A DNA stretch of 64,000 bases from Candidatus Obscuribacteraceae bacterium (GCA_044226015.1 JBGAHS010000001.1:640001-704000), one strand, 5' to 3'. Positions 1 to 9,697 are shown, counted from the stretch's first letter. The notes: generated from the letters alone by a model not told the origin. Numbers and translations: made by a program.

Positions 1-1002
1 GCGAATTGGGGCTTGCATGCTAACACACCTGGTGATGCATTTCTTGGAATTAAATCAGGCTTTACTGGTAATGATATCGTATATAGTGGCAGCAATCTTA
101 GCTCTGATGAAATGGATTTGATGCTCTCCTGGGGAGTAAGAACGTTCAATCTGGACAGTGGCGATCAGTTGAGAAGCCTAATCCATGCATGTAACCGCAG
201 CAATGTCGATAAGATCAAGATTGGAATGCGCCTGAATCTTCCTTCGGTTACAGGAGAGTCGCGCACTGGAGTCGATGCGAGCGAGCTTCCTGCGTTGCAG
301 GCGCTGGCGCAAGAATCGGGATTCAAAGTAAGCGGTATCCATTTCTATCGTGGTACATCAACAAACGCTACTGAGAGATTTGTCGACGCTTTTGAAAAAG
401 TCGTAGATGTTTGTGAGCGTCTAGAGAATTTCGAGTATTTGGATTTTGGTGGTGGTTTTGGTTTTCCCTACCATGATAGGCGTCATTCTTTTGACTGGCG
501 CTTATTTGCAGAAGAGCTTTGTGCGTTGCTTGCTCGTCGAGGCTTAACTCCTGACCTGATTATAGAGCCTGGTCGCTCTGTCATTGCAGGTTCAGCTGTA
601 ATGCTATGCAACGTCATAAGTACAAAATGGCAGGGACAGAAGCAGTTCGTTGGAGTAAACGCAACAAGCTCGAATATAGCAGTGCTTAGTGTTCATGGTG
701 GCAGCCGTCAGGTGAGCTCATTTGTGGATTCGAGCACGCAATTCACAAGTGATGTTTGTGGAAATACAACCTACTCTCGTGATTACCTTGCACGGGGGTG
801 CGAATTGCCGGCATTGAAAGAAGGCGATGTCCTTGCAATTCATGATACTGGTGCTTACGGTTTTTCGATGTCTTCGCATTTCCTGCATCGCCCGCTTCCT
901 GCTGAGGTTCTGGTATCAGCCGAGAGTTCTCGACTTATCAGAAAACGTGAAACCTGGGACTGCTTGCTTTCAAATCAGGTGATTTCAGAGTCTGAGTGCT
1001 GA
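1..1002 (+). CDS. PLP-dependent fold-III decarboxylase, diaminopimelate decarboxylase-like paralog (5' partial)
   Basis: Frame open from base 1. DFGGGFG, IEPGRS and DTGAYG motifs are present; several active-site motifs differ from the canonical lysA at 40641. Confidence 0.8.
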   Translation, partial: ANWGLHANTPGDAFLGIKSGFTGNDIVYSGSNLSSDEMDLMLSWGVRTFNLDSGDQLRSLIHACNRSNVDKIKIGMRLNLPSVTGESRTGVDASELPALQALAQESGFKVSGIHFYRGTSTNATERFVDAFEKVVDVCERLENFEYLDFGGGFGFPYHDRRHSFDWRLFAEELCALLARRGLTPDLIIEPGRSVIAGSAVMLCNVISTKWQGQKQFVGVNATSSNIAVLSVHGGSRQVSSFVDSSTQFTSDVCGNTTYSRDYLARGCELPALKEGDVLAIHDTGAYGFSMSSHFLHRPLPAEVLVSAESSRLIRKRETWDCLLSNQVISESEC

Positions 1003-1122
1003 GGCTAAGAACTTTTCTGTTTCTTACTTGATGTTGCTATTAATCGATCCGAGAATCTTTTGTCCCCAGATGGTCAAGCTCTTGCTGTGAATGATCTGGA
1101 AGGAAACAAGAAACCAGAAAAA

Positions 1123-1743
1123 CTATGTTTTTTTCTTGAAGTGTTCGGACCATCGTCGCTCGTAATCGACGTTGGCTTTGGCTCGTTTCTTGCCGTCGTC
1201 AATTCGTTCGACTTCCATGTGTCCAGCTACGTTCTTGTACTCTTTTTGAATGTCACCGCCGAAGACTTCCAGCAACTCCGTTCGGAAGAGTCTTGCTTCA
1301 AATATGATTTCCATCGATGTAGCAAGCCTTTTACGAAAAACATGACCGTCTTCTGCTGGTGACTGTCCTGCTGGTCGGAGCAGAGGGCAGTTGCCCTCGT
1401 TTGGACGGCAATCTTTCTCAGCGCCATTACATTCTGCGCAATGAATGCAAACATGTGAGCGGTCTTGTTCTATATCAGCAAGAATCTTGAATCCAGCATC
1501 CTTGATTTGTTTAACTGAAATTTTGGCCATGCCCCGCCGCTTTTTGCTGCTTCTTAGCACTCGGTGCACCATTTCTTTGTATGTGCATTCTTGTTGTCGA
1601 TAGAAAGAAATTCCGCCTTCATGGATCTCTGGCCGGCGTTGAAAATCTGCGACAACTAACGAGTCTATAGATTCGCCTTCTCCGCGTAGAAATAGGCAAA
1701 CGAGTGTTTCATCATCCGCCAAATCAATTTCTTTGTACGCCAT
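1123..1743 (-). CDS. Hypothetical protein with ADP-ribosyltransferase-fold-like (Tse2-like) motifs and a Cys-rich insert
   Basis: 206-aa ORF with pattern DETL..F.R / EGGISFYR / GMAKISVKQIK..GF / SHVCI and CxxC..C..C. Start overlaps the upstream stop (TAATG). Confidence 0.6.
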   Translation of the reverse strand: MAYKEIDLADDETLVCLFLRGEGESIDSLVVADFQRRPEIHEGGISFYRQQECTYKEMVHRVLRSSKKRRGMAKISVKQIKDAGFKILADIEQDRSHVCIHCAECNGAEKDCRPNEGNCPLLRPAGQSPAEDGHVFRKRLATSMEIIFEARLFRTELLEVFGGDIQKEYKNVAGHMEVERIDDGKKRAKANVDYERRWSEHFKKKT

Positions 1744-2114
1744 TAGATGCGGAAGTATTTGATAACCAATTCGACGGCGCCAGTATGCTCTGACCCTGAA
1801 GAAGGACCGTTTTCAGCGTGATGGAAAAAGTAAGATAGCGTTGGCTCAAAACGTATATCCAAATTCTGTTTTTTGTTGCCGTAGCTCAAGAGTAAGTGTC
1901 CTTCGTGCGAGACAAACATTCTTGGTTCTTCGAGTTTATCTTCGCCTTTTCCGCGCAAAGTGTTAAAAAAGGTTTTCACCGCATCAAAAATTTCCTTTGT
2001 TGGTGCTTTTTCGCCCTCGCTGGGATCTTCATAATCAGCAGCGTGTTCTTCTATTACAGCTAGGTTTTTACAAGCTGCTGTGTACCATTCAGGACTAACT
2101 TTTACTGCACACAT
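1743..2114 (-). CDS. Hypothetical protein, candidate antitoxin/immunity partner
   Basis: 123-aa ORF translationally coupled to 1123..1743; helix-AP-helix followed by P..G.L.L..LDI.F beta strands. Confidence 0.6.
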   Translation of the reverse strand: MCAVKVSPEWYTAACKNLAVIEEHAADYEDPSEGEKAPTKEIFDAVKTFFNTLRGKGEDKLEEPRMFVSHEGHLLLSYGNKKQNLDIRFEPTLSYFFHHAENGPSSGSEHTGAVELVIKYFRI

Positions 2115-2555
2115 ATTCCATTCTCGTTTAATTCTTTGACGGCAATCCTTCTCTTACGGTTCCGTCATATCCTCAAAGTAGCATTGAAACCTTGATATTG
2201 CAATGGGAAATTACGTGAAATGGGTGTCTGGTACTTGCTCTGCAGTATTGGACATTACCTATTATCTGCTTTCCCTTGCATTTTAAGGACTTCTCGGATT
2301 GTTAGGGACGACAGTGTTGGCTTTCCTTCCTTGGGAAAAAAAACACCAGCTTTCTTGGGGTTACAACCTTCTAGATTTGTGCTTGCCGGTCTGCACAATT
2401 TCGTTGGTTAGGTGGCGACTCCAATCCTCGAAAGGCGCGAAGTGAATCGCGAAGATCACTTTTGCAATCGAGAATGTAGAAATTCCGTAGGCTGAAAATT
2501 TTGTCTACACAGGAGTAGAATCGAATTGCGAAATGAGAAGCTGCACTACTTCCTC

Positions 2556-2759
2556 ATGCTCCCGTTCTTTTATCGGTGTCCATTCTTTTCCAATGCTTTC
2601 TTTGATGCCGAGCAAATCCAGAAACGCATCGGTAATTCGACACATGCGCCTGCCGACGGCGAAGAGCACGAGCGCATGAGCGAGGCTGATTTTGCCTGGC
2701 TGAACGATTGCAGCAAATGCGGAAACGATGCTTACTACTTCGTCACGCCGAAAATCTAG
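2556..2759 (+). CDS. Possible small Cys-containing hypothetical protein
   Basis: ATG-started 67-aa segment of the 2526..2759 ORF containing CPF and CSKC; no clear RBS. Confidence 0.25.
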   Translation: MLPFFYRCPFFSNAFFDAEQIQKRIGNSTHAPADGEEHERMSEADFAWLNDCSKCGNDAYYFVTPKI

Positions 2760-2890
2760 CTCAGCTTTAGCCAAAAAAAACAGGCTGGAGCCCGAAAACG
2801 ACCTTATAATATTAATTCCTCTCAAATTGAGAGATTCGCTATTGCGTTATTCCTCTCGATTTGAGAGGATGGCTATAAAGGAGCCAGGTA

Positions 2891-3175
2891 TTGGAAATTT
2901 TGAATTCTCGGATCATCAAACAGTTCATTGCTGAACATGCTGACGCCGAAGCCCCGCTAACTGACTGGGTGAGCAAAACGAGAGCCGCTGAGTGGAAGAA
3001 CAACGCGGACGTGCAAAAGACCTTCAACAGTGCAGATCATTTGGGAGATCAGAAGTTCATTTTCAATATCGGCGGCAACAATTTTCGCCTGGCTGCAATG
3101 GTTTGGATCTCGCAAGACCGAGTCTATGTCCTGAAAATAATGACTCATGCGGAGTACGATAAGGAGAAATTCTAA
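2891..3175 (+). CDS. higB: HigB-family (RelE-like) mRNA interferase toxin
   Basis: Motifs W...AEW, F.SAD, FNIGGNNFRL, THAEYDK; AAGGAG RBS before the TTG start. Confidence 0.93.
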   Translation: MEILNSRIIKQFIAEHADAEAPLTDWVSKTRAAEWKNNADVQKTFNSADHLGDQKFIFNIGGNNFRLAAMVWISQDRVYVLKIMTHAEYDKEKF

Positions 3176-3603
3176 TGGTGACCGACAAATACAGAGCCCT
3201 TATTGACCGCTTTCCGCTCGTGCCCATCAAGAACGATGAGCACCTGGACGCCGCGCACGAAGTCGCTCAAAGTCTGATGCTTAGAGGCGAAGCCGTGGCA
3301 ACAGATGAAGCTGAATATCTGGAAGTTTTGCTCGACGAAATCGCGAAGTATGAAAAGAAGCATCACGCCTTAAACTTGGCGGACCTTCAACCGCATGAGC
3401 TTCTACAGTCTTTTATGAAAGACCACAGCCTGAAACAGGTTGATGTGCAAGATATTCTTAGCGTCTCCTCGGGCGTCATGAGCGAGCTTGCGTCCGGCAA
3501 GCGTGAGCTGACAAAGGAGCACTGCGTCAAACTCGGGCAATACTTCAGAGTTACACCGGCGCTCTTTTTGCCAAAGGTTCACATAAAGCAGACGAATCAC
3601 TAG
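3175..3603 (+). CDS. higA: HigA-family HTH antitoxin
   Basis: PIKNDE..., L...I.KYE, C-terminal XRE-type HTH (LKQVDV...SELASGKRELT...LGQYF); TAATG overlap with higB. Confidence 0.92.
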   Translation: MVTDKYRALIDRFPLVPIKNDEHLDAAHEVAQSLMLRGEAVATDEAEYLEVLLDEIAKYEKKHHALNLADLQPHELLQSFMKDHSLKQVDVQDILSVSSGVMSELASGKRELTKEHCVKLGQYFRVTPALFLPKVHIKQTNH

Positions 3604-3653
3604 AGGAATACATGAATATTGACGTGTTTATGAAGACCGCGCGTCAGTTAAGC

Positions 3654-5357
3654 TTAGAGATTCTCTCTTAGCCACAACTCTAGCGCAGATAAAAGCCAGA
3701 GCTTCACGCCGTATCTTGCCCAGACATCTTCCTTGTAATCAAGCCAGTCGCCGACCACTTGCATGTTCAGAAACTCGCGAATATGTGCCTTCTTGTTCAA
3801 TAAAAGTTTGCGCGCCTGTTTTTGCCAGTACTTGCGAAATCCTAGTTGCACAGGCACCATCATTCCAGACTTTGGTCGTTGCAATATTGCTTCGGGAAGT
3901 AGATCGCTCACTGCGTATTTGAGCACTGCTTTTTCTTGCGTTCCTTTAAGTTTGTGTTGCGGAGGAATTGTGAGGCTGGCGTCAACGATGCGTCGGTCGA
4001 ACAATGGTGAGCGTCCAGCCAATTGAAAGCATGATGTTATGTTGTTTACTTTGCTCAAGATCTGATCAGCGCCTTTGTACTTGGTGTTGATCAAAAAGAA
4101 TTTGTTGACGTAATGACCTTCCATCGTCAAATCATCTGCGAAAACAGATTCTTTCTCTTTGACGCTGTTCCACAATTTTGAGTTCAAGAGGCGTGAGAGA
4201 TCCGTTTTGCACTTTTGGAATGAAGACAGGTATGCGGCTTCAATTTCAGCTCTGCTGGCTGTTTTCTCGCGGTAAAGGCTATCCAGCATCATAGGCTGAT
4301 TCTTGGGACCACCGAAACAAGGGTCTCCCCCTTCACCATTCAAAATTACACTGGTCTGCATTTTCGCTTTCTGCGCCAGAATCATATTTGGAACAGTCAG
4401 TGGATCTCCAATAGGGTCGTCGAGCATTGAAATTACTTCAGGATGAAGGTTCCACATATCATCTGGAGTTATTTCAATGATGTGTTGTGTCAACCCACAA
4501 TGCTTTGCCACCATGCCTGACCATTCCAACTCATTCGGGCATTCAGAACCGAAATGAATGGAATAACAATCCACTTTTTTTGAATGCAGGTTTGCCGCTA
4601 AGGCAGCAACAGCACTTGAATCTATGCCACCTGAGAGGTAGCATCCAGCATCTTCGTTGGCAGGGAGGTATTCGTCGATGACTTCTTCCAGTAGTTTTCG
4701 AAGCCGCTCAGAATGCCATTCGAGGCTTTCCGATTCAAACTCTTGAAAGTCCTCGCGAATTTTCCAGAAGCTCTTTATCGTTTTGCCTGGTAGTTCAACT
4801 ATCTCGCCCGGGCGAACCTCTCTAATCGAGCGAAACATTGTTTGTTCGCCAGGCACGAACGCGCAGCAAAGGTAGTCGCGAAGAGCTAGCTCATCTATCT
4901 CTTTTGAAACAAAGCTAGATATGGCTTTTATTCTAGCTGCTACATAGAACGAGCTTGAGTCTTTTGCGTAGTAAAGATTTTTGGTTCCTACAGGGTCTCG
5001 AATCAATTTTAGTTTGCTGAATTCGCGCTCAAAAACAAGCAGAGCGTAAGAGCCCTGCACATGTTCAAGAGCGGTTTCTTTTAAGGTCTCCCACAGTCGA
5101 TGGAAGGCGTGTAGGTCATCTGTAGATTCATCCAAATCAAATCTTCTATTCAATTCTCGCCTGTTGCTCAGCCAGATATCACCAGCTACAATCAGCTTTT
5201 CTGAATCTGTGTAGGCTGCTTTATGAATCTCAAAGCCAGCCGCTAGCTCATTATTCTGCGGAGTTCCGTCAGACTTTAAATCGAACTTCGCATACCAGAA
5301 CAAATCATCTGGTAGTTGCTTGGTGTTTTTTTGTGGTCTGAATAAACTAGTTAGCAT
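3654..5357 (-). CDS. Asparagine synthetase B-like ATP-dependent amide ligase lacking the N-terminal Cys
   Basis: RDPVGTKNLYY, LSGGIDSS PP-loop, GEGGD, RSPLFD and RPKSG motifs. Confidence 0.85.
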   Translation of the reverse strand: MLTSLFRPQKNTKQLPDDLFWYAKFDLKSDGTPQNNELAAGFEIHKAAYTDSEKLIVAGDIWLSNRRELNRRFDLDESTDDLHAFHRLWETLKETALEHVQGSYALLVFEREFSKLKLIRDPVGTKNLYYAKDSSSFYVAARIKAISSFVSKEIDELALRDYLCCAFVPGEQTMFRSIREVRPGEIVELPGKTIKSFWKIREDFQEFESESLEWHSERLRKLLEEVIDEYLPANEDAGCYLSGGIDSSAVAALAANLHSKKVDCYSIHFGSECPNELEWSGMVAKHCGLTQHIIEITPDDMWNLHPEVISMLDDPIGDPLTVPNMILAQKAKMQTSVILNGEGGDPCFGGPKNQPMMLDSLYREKTASRAEIEAAYLSSFQKCKTDLSRLLNSKLWNSVKEKESVFADDLTMEGHYVNKFFLINTKYKGADQILSKVNNITSCFQLAGRSPLFDRRIVDASLTIPPQHKLKGTQEKAVLKYAVSDLLPEAILQRPKSGMMVPVQLGFRKYWQKQARKLLLNKKAHIREFLNMQVVGDWLDYKEDVWARYGVKLWLLSALELWLRENL

Positions 5358-5398
5358 AGGCGGCTTGAACTACAAACTAAATGACTCCCATTCAATAA

Positions 5399-7462
5399 CT
5401 ACTTGCGGTTTTCCAGTTCTTCCAGTTGGGTTTCGAGTTGAGAATGTGCATGTTGCCTGTACTCAGCTGCTTTTTGGTCTCGTTGTTTTGCCAGAGCATT
5501 CATGCGATTGTTTGCCTCTGTGATCTGATCTTCTGTTGTATCGATGATCTTTCGGTATCGCTCATTGTTGGCACCAAGAGTCTTTAAATTCTCTCTTGCT
5601 CTGGTTTGAGCTTCGATATATTGCGTTCTTAGATTCTGTTCGTTTCCAATCTTCTCATTGATGCTTAGTATTTCGTTTCTCAGAAGGAGCAACTTCTTGA
5701 GGAACTCCTTAAATTCCTGGTTGACGAAATTTTGCTTCATGAGCCAGTTCAATTGATTCTCGTCAGATTGCATGGCTTCACTGATCCATATTTGTATGAA
5801 TGCATCGGTTTGTTCTGTGACATGCAATCTTTCAAGAGATTTAGCTTCAAGTTCTTGCTTGAAGCGATAATAATGTTCGGTTGTTTCCTCTGGTGCCTGT
5901 GTGTTAATCAGCTTCCATGGGTTGTTTACTGGGTGCTCAACAAAAACAATCTTTTTCTTGTCGCTCAGGTTCTCTATTTCATAGGTTTTTACACTTACCT
6001 TGTTGCAATCGACTATTATTACTCCATTGATTGCGCGCGCTTTATAGTATGGCTTTGATGTTGTTTCCTGCCGAACGATGATGGGGCAAGATTGATCAAT
6101 TGAATACAATAAGAAGCGTTTGTCATCTGGTTTGACTGTGTCAAGCATAGCTTCACCAGCATAGATGTCGCCTTCCATCACTGTCACAGGTCCACCCTCA
6201 AGGGTCAGTCCAGTGTTATTCACAAATCGAACCGTAGCGAATGGAAATTTCGGATTCTTTTTCTCATTGTAGAGAGAGATGCGTTCTCCATTAACGTCTT
6301 GCTGTACGATAGGAATCAGCGCTGAGCTGTTGCGAGGAATGGTGACTGGCTTGTTCACGCGATATTCAAACATCTCACCAGTTTCAGCTGCCTCAATGTT
6401 GATTGGTGCTGCTGACTCCATCGATTGTGCAAGAGCTGGCGCATTCATTGAACCACCAGCAACTTCTGAGAAAGCGTCCATGCTACCGTAACTTCCCCCA
6501 CTGCCCCACCCGTTGTCCATCATTGCGGCTGCGGGCGCTGCACCGGGTGCCTGCGCTACCATTTTTGCTTTCATTAGCGCACGTTGCGTGGGCTCCTCTC
6601 GTTTTCGCTGAGACCGTTCAGCCAAAACTGGACCACTCGACACGTTGCCTTGCGCAGCTATTGTTGGTCTGAACGGTTGCACAGGATCATAGAGTGGTTG
6701 AATAAAAGAGATTGGTGAAGCTGCTACGAGTACGATCTGCACATCAGTCCAATCCTCTTCTTGTACGTTATCTACAATTGCCATGCCTTGCAAGAGAGTT
6801 TTTGATTCGTCGTGCATTACAAGTCTATAGCTCGTTTTCCAGATGGGGCAGGGGATGGAATATGCTATTAGAAGCTCATGCTTACCTTCTTCACTGATAG
6901 AGACTGTTAGCGCTTTGCGATCTTTTTTCTTGGCGTTTTGAAAGAGCAACTCAAGTTGTTGGTTTACTTCGCTTGCCATATTCTCGTCTTCTACTTTTAT
7001 CGATGAGATTGATGCAAGCGATAGTCTCTTGAAGCTGTTCGCGTTTGTGTAGAGAGTGAGTTGAGGGTCGCGAACCAGGGTCTTTTCGAAAATTTGTTCG
7101 CCTATATCGAGCCCCACGACTCGACCAGTGAATGTATCTCCAGAGACCGAAACCGTAACGGGAATACCCTTCATCTGGGTAAGCAGACCGACCAATCCTT
7201 CTGTTTCAGAAATATCGAAACCGAATTCTGCAAGTCTACTCGCCAGTGTTTTTGAGGAATCGTAAGTGATAGCATCGATTCTTCTGCCGCCGGTGCTAAG
7301 CGCCAGCAAGCTCTTCAACATGTCGTCGATTTCGGATGCTTCGCAAACAAGATTGATTTTGCATGGCGCCTCAACTGTGCCTCGGCGTTCGAAATAGCCA
7401 ATTCCGTGTTTGTAGAGAACAACCTTTGTAAGTCCGACAGAACTTGAGCTGCTATTGTCCAT
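5399..7462 (-). CDS. DUF4139/DUF4140-like protein
   Basis: VVLYKHGIGYFER, DDMLKSL, WKTSYRL, VDN..EEDW, FEYRV..PVTIPR.SSA motifs; C-terminal coiled coil. Confidence 0.8.
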   Translation of the reverse strand: MDNSSSSSVGLTKVVLYKHGIGYFERRGTVEAPCKINLVCEASEIDDMLKSLLALSTGGRRIDAITYDSSKTLASRLAEFGFDISETEGLVGLLTQMKGIPVTVSVSGDTFTGRVVGLDIGEQIFEKTLVRDPQLTLYTNANSFKRLSLASISSIKVEDENMASEVNQQLELLFQNAKKKDRKALTVSISEEGKHELLIAYSIPCPIWKTSYRLVMHDESKTLLQGMAIVDNVQEEDWTDVQIVLVAASPISFIQPLYDPVQPFRPTIAAQGNVSSGPVLAERSQRKREEPTQRALMKAKMVAQAPGAAPAAAMMDNGWGSGGSYGSMDAFSEVAGGSMNAPALAQSMESAAPINIEAAETGEMFEYRVNKPVTIPRNSSALIPIVQQDVNGERISLYNEKKNPKFPFATVRFVNNTGLTLEGGPVTVMEGDIYAGEAMLDTVKPDDKRFLLYSIDQSCPIIVRQETTSKPYYKARAINGVIIVDCNKVSVKTYEIENLSDKKKIVFVEHPVNNPWKLINTQAPEETTEHYYRFKQELEAKSLERLHVTEQTDAFIQIWISEAMQSDENQLNWLMKQNFVNQEFKEFLKKLLLLRNEILSINEKIGNEQNLRTQYIEAQTRARENLKTLGANNERYRKIIDTTEDQITEANNRMNALAKQRDQKAAEYRQHAHSQLETQLEELENRK

Positions 7463-7523
7463 GCCAATCTCCTGACTTCTAATGGAAGACAGTGCTCATT
7501 ATGGCACTCTTGACTGTTTAATG

Positions 7524-9434
7524 TTATTGGCTTAGCGTCCTTAAGGACTCGACACTCTCCTCTCTAATTCGTTGCATCTCGCCAGGAGTGTCATCGAGGG
7601 CAGCTGTTTCAATCGCTTTCTTGAAATACTCGATTGCAAGTTCTCTCAACTCAGGATACTCCTTTGCATGGTTTGCCATGGAAAACTGTGCGCCTGGAGT
7701 CTTCGGAGCATCAGCAGGTATGGAGTCTTTTGCGCGTCGGATTAAATCGCTTGCCTTTTTTTCTTTGTGGAGTTCTTTGTAGACCTTGTATTGTGTGAAA
7801 ATGCAGTTCATTCCTGCCGTAGTGCAGAGTCCCCAGCGAGTTCGCTCAAATTCTTCGATAGCTTTGTCGTTGAGCTTTTCGGCATCTATATAGTTCCGCT
7901 CTTTTTCTTCCAGATTTGCCAGAGTTGCAAGATACTCAGCGATTGACCTTGCTGGAGCATTTTCCTCAACGCATCTCTGGTTCTTCTTGAGAATGGCAAT
8001 GGCTTTCTTTATTTGTCCATGCTGCGTTAATTCATTTGCGTAGGCAATGAATATGTTGATTCTATTTGGTGCTCCCTGATCGTTGAAAAGTGTGAGAGTC
8101 TTTTCGTACTCAGCAAACGCAAGTTCAGGCTGATTATTCTGATTGTAGAGGTCTGCTAAAGTACGGTGACCTTTATAGAGGATTTTTTCTATGTCATCTC
8201 TGTCCTGTGTTTTAGAGGAGAATTCGGCTATTTGCTCTTTGTATTTTTCAATGGCTTCAGGAATTAGATTTCTTTCTCTTAGTTCTTCCGCTTCTCTGAA
8301 GGCCATCAAACCGAAGCTATGTGCTTGTTTTAGCTTTCCGAATTGCTGCAGTTTGCTTATTGGCTGTAGTCTCGACACTTCGCTTTCGCGAAGTTTTCTG
8401 TCGTTGACTTGTTTGTAGATGAAGATTCCTGATAATGCCAGAAGCAATGCAAGCCCCAGGGGAAGAACCGCAGAACGCTGTCTGATTTTGTTTGTACGTT
8501 TCTGTCTTTCATCTTTTTCTTCGAAAGCAGCAAGCAAGTCTTTTCTAAATTCGGAAATGGATTGCACTCTTTCATTGGGATTTTTATTGAGGCATTTGAT
8601 AATTGTGTTCGTCAGGCTTTCCGGAAAAAGTGAAAGTTGATCTGTCGATGTGAATTTTGGCGCTTTGTTCTGCGAACGGTTGTACATGGTTTGATAAGCC
8701 GTCTCGCCCTCAAATGGCGTCTTTCCTTCAATGGCTTGAAACATCACAGTTGCAAGTGAATAAATGTCTGAGCGGAACTCAGCAGCTTTACCTTCCGCCT
8801 GTTCTGGACTCATGTACAGTGGGCTGCCTAGTATGCCGCTTGTGAGCTTTTGCTGAGGAGCCTGTGAGACTGTTCCCTCCCCTTGTTTTGAATTGATTTC
8901 TTTTGCTATGCCAAAATCAAGCACTTTGACTTCGAATTCTTTGTCATCATCAGTGCTCTTGCTCAAATAGATGTTTGAAGGTGTGATATCTCTGTGAATC
9001 ATGCCTTTGCTGTGGGCAAACTCAATTGCCTCAAGCACGGGCACGAATACTTCCTTGAACTCTTGTGGACTGAGGCGTGATTTACTCTGCAAAAATTCTG
9101 CTAGATTTTTCCCGCTCAAAAGTTCCATCACGATATAAGGAATTGACTCCTTAATGAGTCCGAAAGACTTGATTTTAACAATATTCGGATGTTCTAACTG
9201 ACTACAGATTTTCGCTTCATTGAGAAATCTGATTCGCGATGATTCATTATTTGCGTATTCGCTGTTGAGTACTTTTATTGCTACTTCATTTGAGAGTATC
9301 AAGTTTTCTGCTTTATAGACAGTAGCCATTCCCCCCTGTCCTATCACAGAGAGGATCTTGTAATTTTTGGAGAGGGACTCTAGCAAGTCCTGGACTATTT
9401 CGTTTTTGCTCTCGTTTCGATCTGTCGAAGACAT
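7524..9434 (-). CDS. Membrane-anchored Ser/Thr protein kinase with C-terminal TPR-like domain
   Basis: GQGGMATVY, VAIK, HRDITPSN, DFG, YMSPEQ; one TM helix followed by helical repeats. Confidence 0.92.
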   Translation of the reverse strand: MSSTDRNESKNEIVQDLLESLSKNYKILSVIGQGGMATVYKAENLILSNEVAIKVLNSEYANNESSRIRFLNEAKICSQLEHPNIVKIKSFGLIKESIPYIVMELLSGKNLAEFLQSKSRLSPQEFKEVFVPVLEAIEFAHSKGMIHRDITPSNIYLSKSTDDDKEFEVKVLDFGIAKEINSKQGEGTVSQAPQQKLTSGILGSPLYMSPEQAEGKAAEFRSDIYSLATVMFQAIEGKTPFEGETAYQTMYNRSQNKAPKFTSTDQLSLFPESLTNTIIKCLNKNPNERVQSISEFRKDLLAAFEEKDERQKRTNKIRQRSAVLPLGLALLLALSGIFIYKQVNDRKLRESEVSRLQPISKLQQFGKLKQAHSFGLMAFREAEELRERNLIPEAIEKYKEQIAEFSSKTQDRDDIEKILYKGHRTLADLYNQNNQPELAFAEYEKTLTLFNDQGAPNRINIFIAYANELTQHGQIKKAIAILKKNQRCVEENAPARSIAEYLATLANLEEKERNYIDAEKLNDKAIEEFERTRWGLCTTAGMNCIFTQYKVYKELHKEKKASDLIRRAKDSIPADAPKTPGAQFSMANHAKEYPELRELAIEYFKKAIETAALDDTPGEMQRIREESVESLRTLSQ

Positions 9435-9674
9435 CTAGAACGGTCGCAACTCCAGGCGGCTTACCAGATTGCTTCGGCTTCCCGGCTTGCTTTGTTTCGG
9501 GTAGAAGGATTTGACCGGGCTCGGCCTGGCGATTTCAAAGCACGAAGTTGACGACCAGCGAGGGTTGAGCTGGTCTGGAAGAATTGCTTTCTCTTCCACG
9601 CTCTTCTGTTTGTGTCGCTTCGCTTTTTCGGCTAATTTCGTGCTTTCGATAAACTCATCATGAAAGGGGGACAT
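9435..9674 (-). CDS. Small basic hypothetical protein
   Basis: 79-aa ORF fills the gap between the LRV and kinase genes; GGAGA upstream; stop abuts the kinase ATG. Confidence 0.5.
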   Translation of the reverse strand: MSPFHDEFIESTKLAEKAKRHKQKSVEEKAILPDQLNPRWSSTSCFEIARPSPVKSFYPKQSKPGSRSNLVSRLELRPF

Positions 9675-9697
9675 GGCTTATTTCTCCGATCAGAAAT

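Noticed and set aside
1060..1454. Short ORFs overlapping 1123..1743
   Set aside because: Shadows of the coupled minus-strand gene.
3654..5357. Lasso peptide cyclase or cluster
   Set aside because: No B1/B2 (RRE, transglutaminase-like) genes and no precursor with a Thr(-2)/Gly1 pattern nearby.
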